Shown in pieces: positions 16,303-30,275 of a stretch of 64,000 nucleotides of DNA; the first letter of the stretch is position 1, and the number at the start of each line of letters is the position of its first letter. The notes below the pieces were generated by a model. That model saw only the letters and a list, made by a program, of their open reading frames with translations. It was not told the DNA's origin and did not search any database. This DNA comes from Balanoglossus misakiensis (Eukaryota; Animalia; Hemichordata), in NCBI GenBank assembly GCA_040954595.2, contig CM082581.2, forward strand, positions 4,952,699 to 5,016,698. The letters are read 5' to 3'. Position numbers and translations under genes: made by a program.

Positions 16303-19300
16303 AGACAAACTTTAACAATGTGAACAAATCGGGACTCAAAGAGTGAAGTGGCCGGGTATTGTGATTCGATGACTCATTGTGTCATTGCGATTTTGACAAA
16401 CGTGTGTAAACAGGGACGCCCGATTTTATTGTTTATTACGCGCTGCTTTGTGTCTGACGAACAAAAAATGTTAGCGTAACACGATCAATCTGATTCAGGC
16501 TGATCGCCGGGAAGGACTCTGGTGATATCGCGTGCTTAGTAATTTTTCAGGAACTTTTAGGAAATCAAGTACCGTTATTTATTTAGTTTCCTTACTGTGA
16601 TGATCATTCGCGAGTCTAATCCTATGCTCCACTGAGAATTTCTGATAATATGCGCAGCAGAATGTCTTCACCTTCGTCCATACTTTTTTCACAGCAACTT
16701 AGCCTAACTCTGTTTTGTTATAGATACCGGGGGTCATCATGCAATGTTTTGGAGGAGTGGACCGAATCATCTCATTGTTTGATATTTGAAAATAAAATAA
16801 AAAAAATGTTTGCGTGTAATTAAATCAAGATTGCGCAGACCGCATTCTCTAATCAGTTTTCAAAACGACTCCACACAGGCTTGCTATTGCAAACAGCAGA
16901 TTTCTGATAATCAGAACCGTCTGTGCTAACTAACTTTAAGGAGAAGTTTCGATGTTTCTTACATCTGATTTTGGTCAGTCTCTAGTCGTCCGACTAGCAG
17001 GTGGCCATTATCATAAGTCTCTCGTTCATCCCATGTCTGCACTGACCACTCGGAAATTTTCCCGACAGCTCGGAGTCATCATTCGACTTCGGAACTTTTG
17101 CCCGACAGTCAGATGATCTAATCGAGAATCGTTGAACTCATCCCTTCACGAATTGAAGAAAAAATCCAGACGGAGAATGTCAACGTCTGTGATGCTAACA
17201 ACATTGAAGGCGAATTGCACGTTGTGTATGATATGTCCATTTTCACAATTATCTTGGACAATAATTTTAGTCCAATTTTAAATGTACTTTATAGTGTTAC
17301 AGTTCAATATAGCATAGTCGTATTACACACTTTATCTAAATACATTTTCTATGCAACCAAAAGGCGTTCAAATACACATTGACACTCATGTAATTTACCA
17401 ATTACACAATAATATGAAAGTATTTGCCACCGATCGATTTCAATATTTCTGCAATGTCAACGCGCCTTCCACGAGAAACAATTAACCAATTTGTACACAT
17501 TAAGGCCGGCGGCCAATTGTATGGTAATAAGGTATAGAAAAATAAAACACCAATTATGGTTGATTTAAATTTTCAAAAGTTTTGAAGAGGAATCGTGTCT
17601 ATTATAAAATATGGAAAGTGCAAAACCATTGACATTTAATGATACTTTTGGCCATTCTGCAAATTAATACACTTCACCACTACAATATTTATTCTCTCGG
17701 TGTCTCGTTCGTTTATGATACCAACACACCGTTATACCGCCAGAATGATCAATCCCGGGTGATCAGAGACTTTTTTTCAGAGCCATGGTCACTTTGATTC
17801 ACGTAGCTGACGGGCTCGGACGCGGCCGCGCGCACGGCGGCGGCGCGTGTAGTGCATCCGCACGTGTACTAAGTTTCGTGTTACTCTTCCACGTATGATT
17901 TGATTTGTGAAACCAACTGACCGAAAATTGTGGGGAAATACTGCGTCTTTGACGAAATCCCTTCAAATATTTATTTTTATATGAATCGTCAGACTGAGAT
18001 CGCGTCTGAAATCTCGGCGACGAGTCGCCACAGTAACCGCAATGGATGGGTAATCGTATTGGAGCGTCCAGTTACTGCTACGCGTCGCGTCGTAAAACCC
18101 GTAATGCTGTTACGTCACATAATAATTTCAAGCTAATTACTTGACAAATTAGTTGTGATAACATAAATTCTGCTCATACCCTCTAAATCTATGGAAATCG
18201 CTGATAAAAAAATAATCCAATGAAAACCTTAATTTCTCGTCCATAATGAGATAAATTAACAGGCTACGTCGCCCATTTCCGCTCGATACAGCGGGCAGCG
18301 TGTATATTGTGTTCCGTTGTATTGTTGGGGCTTATTCATTTTTGTTGCGTGTCACATTGAGATTCATTGTAAACTCAATACTCGGAAGCGTTCATCTATT
18401 GAGCGGAAAGGGATACAGTTTGCCCCGGGGTGCGCATTACACGCGCCCGACCAGTGTTTGCATCCAATGGAGGCAGTTCACTGCTTAACTCGCACGGGCG
18501 CATACAACAATGAGAGAGTGCTTATTGCCAGAAACTTGCTGCAAGCCAGTCTTTTTTCTCCACAGCGTTGCTACTTTCTTTTTCTTATGATTTTTTTTTG
18601 TGTCAGATAGTTTCATTTCGATTTAATTACTATTAATGAGCCACTCAACATTAATGTCCGCAATTAAGTACGCACACATTAAGATAGTATGCATAATTGA
18701 TAAAGCTTCTTTGCTTTTTACCAAATGTACATTTGCGACCGGTGTTTTGTTTCATTCGTCCCGCAAGTCATATTGCAGAAGATGTTTCATTGAGTGTTGC
18801 GTGTCCGTGATAAATCCCGTGGTTTTTTCCGTATTGAGACTACAATAAAAACAATAAACACTTCTCCCGCGGAGAATAAAAGATTAACAACAGTCCTTGC
18901 AAATAACGGTTCTTACCGATTTTTTCAATAACCGCTTCATCAATCACGCAGACAATCAATGCAATAATATCAATGTTCTCTTATAACATTCTAACAACCA
19001 TAGGCAAATTCTATTGTTGGGATGTTTTTTTTAATCAGAGTCACTTTTATCTTATTGTTAACTGCCACTTATCCGAGAGAGAGAATCTCGAGGTAAAGTT
19101 TCATACACACCTTGAAAATCCCGGGTATTAACGTAACCGAGCGCTGAAACAATTTCTAAATACTTAATATATTTTGAAGTGACGGAAATCACAATACTTG
19201 CATTCAGCTATCATGAATAACAGCGACATTTATCCTGCGTATCTTGGTTACATGTCTTACTTGCTCCGGGACCCCTTTAAGAATTAAAGTTATTTTTTAC

Positions 19301-19745
19301 CATGATCAGATCTGGGCAGTGAAAGCCGATCTTTTCTTTTCTTGCAACATGATCACATTGTCCGTGTATCTCTAAACATGGCTACGGCTTCTTTGCGATT
19401 TGACCCCGTTATGATGCGGACCAGGATCACGTTAGTTAATGCGAAGTTACAGTTTTCCTCGCATTGTTGTTAGTTTACATGCTTTCCATAGCTCGTTGTA
19501 TAGGATCTATTCAATGATACGTTCGACAAAATATCACCTGATGTTTTATGTTGTGTAAGCATCAATATCTACACTGCACTGAGATGCACGTGTACATGCA
19601 ATGAAACCCTTAAGCGGAAATCTTTATTGAAATTCGGAAAATGTATATACGGACCTTCTGTGTTGAATCATACCACAGTTTAAATTATTTTCCTTCATTA
19701 TTCAATGTAACTGTTTACAGCGTTATTACCACGAAATTCTTTTTA

Positions 19746-20966
19746 CCAGCACCAAACGGCAAACTGGCAACATCGTATTTCTTTCATGCCAGCAACGCGT
19801 TATCTCTAAAATTGTAACAACGTCACAATGTACTAGACAAAGAGGCGTCCCCCCATCCCAATTGCGCAGTTGAAGTACGTGCGTGTTGAGAGAGAGACGT
19901 GAACAGAAAGGGGTAGGAGACTGACTTGAACACGGACGACGAGAGTTGTTTAGCGTGTCGAACGCTGCTCTACGAAGCTCGTAGTTACCTACTGACAGGG
20001 ACATTTGCGCTGGAACGGACTGGGTTCCTCCAGATTGCCGCACGCCGGCGGGTATGAAAGTGTAGGCTAAGACGTCGATCCACCGGCCGGCTGCACTGTT
20101 CCCAACATTACCAGCTCCACGCCACTTTCAGCTGCACCGCGGTCGGATATCCCACCCCGGCTGCCGGACAGCATATGAAGGTGTCTGAGGCCTTTTCTAG
20201 TCAAAACTTTGGGGTTTTCGGAATGGGAAATAGCGGAACAAGAACATGGATATATACTAAATCATGAACGCCAAACAAACACGTTGAAAAAGCCAGATCT
20301 GAAAAATTCATGTGGCGTCCGCCGCTGGGCGCATTGACGCGTCAACGTTTTTTTCAAACAACGTAACCTGTCACGATTGCTGCCACAAACAACAAGTTCA
20401 TGCGTACGTCGAGAAAGTTCTCAAGCGGCCGGGTGATCGCGGCAAGGTTAGCGGCAGCCTCGGACGCCCGAATTTGCCACAAAACTATCAGTCCACACAG
20501 CAATGCCGTTCAAACTCTTCCGTCGTATTTATTTCAACACAAATTCAGAATACAACACGACAGTTTGGTACGTCGTCTCTATCCTACACTGCTAATTCTC
20601 ATCTCAATCTCTAAAAAAGTTCAACAGACGGGATACACTGCAACCCGCGGCACTAGGAACGGCAAAATTCACGTCTCTGCTTCACAGGAATCTACCGACC
20701 TGAAGTGGGAGGAACCCAGTCCGTTCAAGTACAAATGTCCCGGTAAGAAGGTAACTACGAGCTTCCTAGAGCAGCGTTCGAATCGACACGTCTCTCTCAA
20801 CACGCACGTACTTCAACTGCGCAATAGGGATGGGGGGGGGGCGCCTATTTGTCTACTAAATTGTGACGTTGTTACAATTTTAGAGATAACGTGTCGGGCC
20901 CCCTCAAAGAAAGCCGGTGGCCCCCTCAAAGAAAGCCGGTGTTGCTAGTTTGGCATTTGTTGCTAG
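19746..20966. mobile_element. 1.2-kb non-autonomous DNA transposon with long (about 260-290 bp) imperfect TIRs, flanked by TA
   Basis: 19746-20031 is the imperfect reverse complement of 20708-20966. Paired blocks include CAAACGGCAAACTGGCAAC/GTTGCTAGTTTGGCATTTG, GTTATCTCTAAAATTGTAACAACGTCACAAT/ATTGTGACGTTGTTACAATTTTAGAGATAAC and GAACGGACTGGGTTCCTCC/GGAGGAACCCAGTCCGTTC. TA at 19744-19745 and 20967-20968. The shared peptide SLNTHVLQLRN in opposite-strand ORFs reflects the same repeat. Confidence 0.85.
20897..20940. repeat. 22-bp tandem duplication GGCCCCCTCAAAGAAAGCCGGT x2 inside the right TIR
   Basis: Direct reading. Confidence 0.9.
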
Positions 20967-23900
20967 TATTCTGAATGTTGTAGTAAAGCTGATTGTTTGA
21001 TTCAAATTGACGTTCTGAAATATCAGTTTCAGTTTGATTAAGTTGTAACCATGGTAGCTTCATCCTATAGTTACAAGTCAAAATCCTCAAAATCTTGCCC
21101 CAACGCACATTCATCTCGATGTCGTGGATAGATACATGTATATCACTCTAGCATTCACGGATTTGCTACGTGAAAATCGTGTTTGAAAGCTGGGATTTTC
21201 TTGCATCATGGTAGCTATAGACTCCGTGCTGGCGGCGAAGGCATCCGTATGTACAAGCTTTGTTCATTCTGTTGCCTCCAACAGCTAGTCTTCTGCGGTT
21301 GGCTTTACAGAGAACTTTCTCCACAAAAAGAGCTAACGCGTGAAAAACACGAATCCACTCTCTTGAAATCGCTTTAACCCCCTTCTTAAATTCGGCCTAC
21401 CTAAGTCTAATGAGTCGAGATATCAAGAATATGAGAGAAAAAGTATCAATTTCGCGACTCGAGACAACGTTTGTCGAGGTTTAATGGTTTGATAGAAGGA
21501 CAGAAGTTACGCAGGCAAAATGATCCAAATTGCCCGTGTGATGACGACGGCGACTTCGCTTAATTGTTCTCCGTGCGCGCAGACGCAACGACGTATAGAG
21601 ATGTCGTATATATGTTATATCACTGCGCCTGCCCTCGGGCCAAAACAATAATAACGCGTGTAGTCAGAGCTAATACAGTTTGAACAGGGGCATAAAACAA
21701 ACACATTTATTGACTCGGTGTCCCGCCTTTCAACATGCCATCCGTAGTGCGACTTCATTGAAAGTGATCGAGTCTGCAAATGAATCAGACGAACCGGGGC
21801 AGCAACAGCCTTGTCATAATTTATTCATAAGGAACATTATGGCTTTTTCTGTGTGATTTATTTTCGCAGAGGGTGGTGTGGCTTCAGACACGGGCGACGA
21901 CAGGCCGCGTTAGATTGGATGATTCGATCGCTGCACGGACATGGGAAACCAATTCTGCGGTGGCAAGCTCCGGCGACGGTGGCTGAAAAAAGAGCACATC
22001 GAACAGAAACGGCGAAGTATTAAACAGCATCGTGGTTATTAACTCCGAAATGAACAGTTTTTTAATCCCCAGAAATTGTCCATTTACTGTTGCCTATTAA
22101 AGTTATAAATTTTACGGTAACCGTGCAAAAAGAAACGTGAATTGTGGGGAGTCGGGTACACCCGGGCGACTAATGGGGGACTCGATGCGCAATGTCGAAC
22201 TTGTCTCGTTTATGTATTGCACAATAATACGGATGTCCACCGAGACCGATCGTGTAGCTGGATTCTTCGCTTTTCTGTTTTCATTATTTATAGAGCGCAG
22301 ATGGTTAAAAAGATGGATAATATTTCGGCAGTTTTGCCCATAAATACCCAATTAAGAGCGCCTCCACGTTAGAGGCGGCCATCCCAGCCCCGCGTCCGAG
22401 CTTTGTTTTTCATTAACGCGTCGCAGTGGTTCCTAATAAGCTCCGATCTGATACGTTTCAGACTCGTGGCCGAACCTTCAAAACAAATTGCGTTCAAATT
22501 AATTCCAAATTTGCCCCCGTTACTCGTCGCTGAAGAGTGGGCTAATTGGAATGCTTCCTGTCGTGAAAGCCAATTCCCGCTGTAAACATGACTCAAGGCG
22601 AGGTTGGGGATTCACTTCTGGCTGCAATCTTTGATGGAGTGGAATCGAATATCAAATAGTGTGTGAAATGCGACTTAGCATTTCGTATATAACGTCAATT
22701 GACCGAAGAGGGATCAAATAATGCCAGGAAATCCACGTGAAAACTCAAGAGACTGAAAAAATACTGGAACCGCGGCTTTTGATTTTATCAGAGAAGACAA
22801 ACTTTTTCTTTTAAAATACCGCTGCGTACGTTTTTTTCCAGTTTGTCATATCAGATTTATTTTGTATATACCAGTGTTTTTTTTTCTCATATTATGTAAC
22901 ATTTTACTCACAACTGTATATTTCCACTTTCAACTGGATGTGGTTGGTCTTCGCAATTTTTCGTCGCGATGGGGTCAGCCCTGCGAGCGAACGTGCTAGT
23001 GTTCGTGGCTCTTTGCGGAAATGGGGCTCCGAAATTAAAGTCATCAGCAAATTTTAGGTAATTTTTTGCCCCGCGAACGATTCTCATGCAAATGAGGAAG
23101 GGTGGAAACGTTTTTGCGTTAGCTGTTTGTATTCATGTTTAAGAGAGCCCGAAAGAGGCGCGCTCGTCTGTATTGTAGTTGTAGTTTTTTTTTTGCAGGA
23201 TTTTTATGGGTCTCTGGGGCATTGTCACATTGTTTGCAACGGCATAAATCCTAATCAAGTGAAAAAAATCGTCGACAAAGGAGTTCCATTTATAATTCAG
23301 GGCATTCTACAATAGAGGCAATCGAATTAACATGCAAAGTAGTCGAGACAAGTCAGAATATCCACCAATTATGACACTTAAAGACAAGTCATTTGCTCTG
23401 TAATGGCGTTCGTCGCGGTCATTTCTACTCGCCCATTTAACTCACTTAATCTAAGACACGCACACCAGTGGTCATTCGCCGGTTTGGGGGGAAAGGCGGA
23501 GATTTTTTTTTCAGCCTGGAAGCGGAGAATAACTGCTCGATGATGCCTGTGAGGAATGTTGATGGACTTGGTGACCAAACCACCATGCGGTACAAAAAGT
23601 AATATGTATTTTTCGATGCGATGCCAAGAGTTAATGAAGGCCCTATAACACGTGTGAGCATCTTAAATCACACTATCGTTTGGGAGAAAAACTCGACGAG
23701 TCCATGATACAGAAGACAAAGACCAGATAATACAAAAATATATACCCTTATGGACAAAATCTTGCTCTTGTCCGTTGACAATTTTATGAGGACACCGAAC
23801 TGAAAACTTAATAACGCATCCATTCAAAGTTATCATAGTTTTACAGCGTCCAAGGATTGCGAAATACAATTTAGAAACATTCTCAATAGTGGAAGAGATC

Positions 23901-25102
23901 TCAGTCTGTTGGCAAAATTGCTTTCCGGGGCGGAGCAAATACATGGCAGTGGAAATCGGGGGGATTACACGCTAAAGAGATTAGAGAATAATTCTACACG
24001 CTTGAAAACATGCCTTACGATGACAATAACTAGATAAAATATAAAGAGATAAATCATGATTTCAAGTTTATTGAAGCGATCAAGAAAAGTAAAGGTCAAT
24101 TCTATCACAGGAAAATTTTTGTAGAATGTTGCGTTTGTTCGTTTGTGCACCAACCTTAACAAAGAGCAACAACTAAACTCGACGAAGCAAACACTACTGT
24201 GGTTTTAGGGCAATTCACCGGCTTCTAACTTAAATTATGTTAATTCATTTCAGCGCCAAGTATACGCGCACCGGTTCACCTTGAGGTTGCGCTTGCCCGC
24301 TGCAGCCCGGATCAGATCGACTACTGAGAACAACATATGCCCAACCTCGCTTTCACCATCACTTATTTGGAGGGGGGTCGTTAAAATTCATGAGGGGCAG
24401 TGGGAGAACCTGCTCTCCCGTGTGGCATCGTCCAGAGAATAGCTGGTGTCTGATTTATGTCGGTTGCACGTCTATAACCCGTTGTCTCTATTCAAACAGG
24501 CATCCATCCACCTCCCCCTAATTGCCAATATATTATTTGTTACCGTATCGTCAACCTCCACGGCATTTCATGGCCCAATATGTTTTACATGTGAGCTGTG
24601 TTATGAATGATGGCTCCGCTAATATTTTAATGCGCACTGCCATCGCTGTACCGTTTCTACGTCCACTCACAAACACGTTTTATTGGGCAGATGGTCCCAC
24701 TTATCAACTAACTATCTCTACCCCATTCCGTCTCTATATCTCTCTCACACACACACACAATATATACTGAATTATTGTCAATGTCTTAAATTGTCAATAG
24801 TGTAATCAACATTTGTCATTCTTACTGACAAAAAAAGTAAATGTGTTGTATGAAATGTTTTTGCTGACATCATGTCAGAAACCACACTTATAAATGTAAC
24901 TTTTATCTGGGCCTCTGTGGTTTTATTGTTATGGAGGCAAATGGTACATTTTGTCGACATCAGCAATTAATCCCCTTGTGTAGTTTAATCATGTTACTTT
25001 TATTTCTGTACAAATGTATAACATTTCCATTGTATTCGAACTAAATGCATGATATATACGATAACAGTGCTGTCCCTCAATATATACGAAAACATGCTCA
25101 GG

Positions 25103-25265
<163 letters not shown>

Positions 25266-28200
25266 GTAAACGCCCTAATATTTCTTTCTGCCCCGTGCAA
25301 CACACAGATTGTTTGCAAACGACTTCAAGTGTATACTATTATCCCATCACTGAACGCAAAGATCAAAGTGCTGTGGTTTCCATGGAAATACGATTGGAGT
25401 ACTGGAGGGCTGGCAGTGGTGTTGATTTCATGGGACTCGCTCAACAGTTTCGTATTTAACACGGAGTACATGAACGAGGAGGAGGGAACCAGAGGCAAAT
25501 ATAGTGTGTCACAAAACACGGCTTCCGGGTAATCGTTAATGGGTTTTGTAGAAAATGATGGAACACGTAACCCGGCCAAGCTGTAGAACACTCCGCCGAG
25601 ACTTAGTACGCTGTGTAGATGGACAACTTGGATGTTTGGGCCGCGATGTTCGATGTTTGGTGTTTGTTTTTGTAGATTTGCGCCTCCCTTTTCCAAATTG
25701 TTTCGAGCCTGGAAAGACTTCAACGCGGATGATGGCATGGACTGTGATTAAAAAAAAAAAAAACGAAATATCTTAAGAAAGCACTTTTTGCACAAGTGTT
25801 GCTGTTTGAAACATCATCCATGGTTTCCAAAGACAGGAGAGACAATTTCGCCTCAACCTTTTTTTTACAAAGACGATGGCGAAGCAGCACGTACTCTATT
25901 ACGACTCAATCATACAAGACTGTCGTTCTCCAAATGAAGCATCGAACAACACAGATCCAATGACGTCAGTAATTTTTTTTGGCGGGTAATGAACACATGT
26001 GTACGTTTCACCTACACTGCAAGATACATGGTATGTATCGGTACAATAGTATCATTTCGGGTTCCCAGCTGTTTCAAAGGCGTCGCACAGCGTGTAAAGG
26101 TCGTTTCAATATCACTTAGGAATACTCCGGGTAAAATTGAGAAGCTTTCCCCGCTGTGTCTCTGGAATTCTTTTGATCTTCAGCTTCTAAACGTGATAAT
26201 TAAAATCCTGGTGCGGCGCGAAGCACACGCCGATGCTCGGTTTTATAACGGATCTTAAAAATCTCTTGGATTACAGGTGCACGGACAAGTATGGGAATGC
26301 GGTGTCCCGACATATGCTTCGAATCTAACGCATATCGACTGCGGGGTTTTACTGTTGCGGTCCTGTCTCGAACAAGGTTAGGTGGCCTCGCGTCGATAGA
26401 ATCAAGCATGTCCGATTTCACACGCACAAAAATGACCGAAACAAGAATTTGTTGTGTGTACTCTGCTCATTGATACCACTTTTGCAGCTCCGTGCAACGC
26501 ACCTAATCTCAACAACTCTCTGATCTGGAGATCACAAAACAATGCCCACAAAATAAACAAACAAAAAATAACACACTTTTCCACGTCGTCGACTATAAAG
26601 GTTTTTTTACTTTTTATTTTTATTGCGGATCTTATGGCCTCTTTTCAATATCGTTTAACTGTCTCCCTGTTTTAACCTCTTTTCTTATATAATGTCTTGC
26701 ATGCTATTTGTTGTTTTGCAAGACTGTGATCACCGTTTTCTTTTCACAATGATGTAGTTTTTAATATAAGATGTACATACGAATCATGATTTATATAAAT
26801 AACAAAGAAGTAGAGACAATAATTAAATACACTGTTGAAAATGTTCATGGCCGAGACCAAGCTGAGCCATACCAATGTCTTCAAGGATGCGATGCCAAAA
26901 TTGGTTTACTTTATCAGTTTTTTCTTCTCAACTCGGAGACCCAATTAACTCCAGACAAGGCGAACGATATGCCTCATCGTGAAATGTCATCAGCTGCGAG
27001 CCAAGGATCGATGTGCCTGGACTGTCAGTCCTTGGCTGGGGTCAGCGACACAGGAGCAGGTCGCCCAAGAACCCTCCTTCTGTTGTTTTCATTGGGAAGC
27101 TTTGTTGCCGTGTGGATATTATTTCAAGCATGGCTGACGAACCAACAGTCGAATGCTAATGATGCGCGTTTCAAGCCAACGACCACCATTAAAATTAAGA
27201 TATGGTATTCCTGAGCGTGCCTCACTCCCGCCGTATTGTGTTTTATTAAACAGTTTTACAGTTAGTTGGGGTTGGAGGGACCTTGGTTTAAACTGCCCAG
27301 CTCCATTCTTTAATCGAGCCCCTTTTTTCAATGTCACAGTTTACCAATTATACCCGTAAGCATGTTGTGAAAACATCCTGGCTTTTGCATTTGTCGCAAA
27401 TCAAATATGCAAGGTCTTGAGGGTTTATGGATTTTACGCCAAATTTCCCAGAGGCCTTTGCGTGTGGATTCCCCTTCTTTCAGCGAAGAATGAGTGTTTT
27501 CCTTGATTAGAAAATATGTTGCACAATTTAAAGGGACAAAGTCTCCCCCTTTGTCAACATTTGGGTTGTTTTAGTTTTGGCTTGATTGATCATGTCCCTG
27601 CACATGTACATGAATACTTCTATAACATAATTCTAGTTAATACCAACAATTGCATCGTAATACAAGTATTGGCTCTTAGGATTCGCATGCTCGCTTGGAA
27701 GTATGGGATTGCTCTGTGATGTACACTGGTGAGAGCTGACATTGCGGCCACTTGACCTGCAATCGCGTTCGATCGTTCACGACGTCTGTTCCCAACCACT
27801 TTTCTCAGTCTATCTTATTTTTAAAGGACCTCAACAATTGTTGTATTTTAACTTACGGATATGCGATTTGTTGCACATTAGTGCTCGACGCAATGGCAAA
27901 ATCCTGTACAGGTTACTGTCTCAGTGTAGTGAGTTCATTGTCTTACTCGTTGCAACTCTGCCGAGGATAAACATCCAATTGTAGTTGAAATTTCAAAAAA
28001 AATGTCATCTGCAAGATTTCTCCCTCAGTGAAAGTGATAAGACCGCCGAACTATAATTTTAACATGACGACTGCAGTGTGAACCCTTCACTAGTGACCTT
28101 TCCCCCACATGTTAACATACACAATATCAAACAAACCAGCGTTTTTCCACTTTTCCCCGCAGAAGTAAAACGTCAAATCTGCTCGGCTATCTAAATCCTT

Positions 28201-30155
28201 TTCTCGCATTGACGACCGCAATAGGCTTCTTTTACTTCTGTTCGGCCGCGTTCGTTATTTCATCCTTTCCGACATACTGTGTGTCTGTATATGTATACAA
28301 TTTTTCATGATTAATACATTTATTCACCGATATTTGTAAGTGTTTTGCCAAACATAAGCCGACACGATCTTGGCGGGGAATTACAGGCTCTCTGAAAAAA
28401 AAATCCGTCAGAAAATTCTCGTTTAGTTGACATTGTTCCGAGGACCCGGTCACATTGGCATCGTCCCTTATAGCGTGAAATCGATTCTGTCGGTGTCCTA
28501 CTGACGCGACCGCGATATCGCCCACCGCTGCTAAACACAACCCCGGATTTTAAACCCCATTCAAGTGCGCTGTCTGCCGCTTTTAGAAGTGTTTCAGTTG
28601 GTGTACTGGGGCATGAAGCTATTTCCCAATTTTAATTTGGACCTATTTTCCGTCTCATTTTATAGACCTGGGATTTCCCGATTTGTGTAGCAACAGGGCG
28701 GTGAGGCGATCGAGTCACCGAGCGTGGAATCGTTCTTCAATCATCGGCCAAATGAACCGTGCCTTCGCATTGAGTAGACCGTTATAGCGTCCAGTGCTGT
28801 CGAATAAATAGTCATTCTGTCAACATCGCTTCCCCCCAAAAAAATTCCCAGGTAAACAACGATTCGACTTCACCTGGAATGTCGCAAATTGTGGTCGTAA
28901 AATTCGTAGACAGATTTTCGGCAAGGTGTCAATCTGATCCATTTGCCGCCTGTCGTCGACAGGTGTAAAAAGTTGTCGGTCGAAGGTAACATCCACCATT
29001 GTAAATATCCCGAATTTTATTGTGACTCGGTTTCTGTTTCAGCTACCCAGAAGAAGTAAGCGTGACGAACTTTGAACATAAATTCGTTGAGAATTGCTTT
29101 GAATCCAAATCTGTATCAATGTATCCCCCAATTCTGTCAGAACGCGGTGAATTTTTACAGGATGGTTTGCGTTTCGAAGGCCGCATTTCGAACAAGATCC
29201 AATCACGATCGTCAGCAAGTCTGAATATCCGGGGCTGCCAATTGCATACGCCTGAGTAAATATAACTTGCCAACAATAGCAAAGTAACGAGATGAGAACC
29301 CCCAAAGTCAGGGGTTAAATGAACTAGCCAATTTTAAATCTTAAGGAACGAGCGATACGAAATGAGGTTTCTTTGAGAACACGTCACCGGGCGTCTTGCG
29401 GGTTAATTGTAATCTCAAATCAATTAGGGGAAGTTTCGTCCAAAATCAGAGGTTTCCTCAGAAGGCAGCGGCTGAATGAAGAGTTGGTCGCCCCGGTCGA
29501 AGCCTGGTGAATGCACAGACCTGTGTGGGACATGTGCGCTTCAATTGTGATGTACAATCTCTCAATAAAGAAGCAAAGGACGCCGAGTCAACCATTGCTT
29601 ATAAATGTAAAGACGCAGACTGCAATAGACTCGGCGATTTGTTCACAATGCGCATTATGCTTTTAATTGAATGCGTATCGTTTTAATAGTCACAGAAAGA
29701 AGAGTCTCCAATGTTCAAACTGATGCAATTATCTAAATAAGGCGATTGAATTGGTTGGAAATTGATAGTTGGCGCACAACAAATACCCCGATGTAGTTGT
29801 TTGCAATTACAACCATCATGCCCATTCAAAGCGGCATTTTTGTGGGATTTCACGTCTAAACGCCCCTCTGTAGCCTGTCATGATTGGACGGCGCCATCGG
29901 CCACTGGAGTCACTCATGTGTGTCCGTCACCTTGGATAGAGAAAAAAACGCCAAGAGAACATAAAATACACGTCACACAGGATGTAGGCCTACCTTACTT
30001 TTCAGTCGACTTTGGCCGTACTTACAACGTATAGCTTGGCTCTGCCCACTTGTTTGTAAATACATAATAAAAGTTGGTTAATATTCGGAGCGTGCCATAC
30101 GCACTGCACGTACTCACGTTCTGCCTGTGGCTTTTCATTTGTCACGGTCCGGCGC

Positions 30156-30207
30156 TGTCTATCTGTCTGCCTGTCTGTCTATCTATATGTCTGTCTGTCT
30201 GTCTGTA

Positions 30208-30274
<67 letters not shown>
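30156..30274. repeat. (GTCT)n microsatellite
   Basis: Direct reading. Confidence 0.97.

Positions 30275-30275
<1 letters not shown>

Noticed and set aside
20312-20948. 100-aa and 182-aa ORFs inside the long-TIR element as a possible transposase
   Set aside because: No DDE/DDD, HTH or zinc-finger motif recognisable, and part of the ORF is just the TIR.
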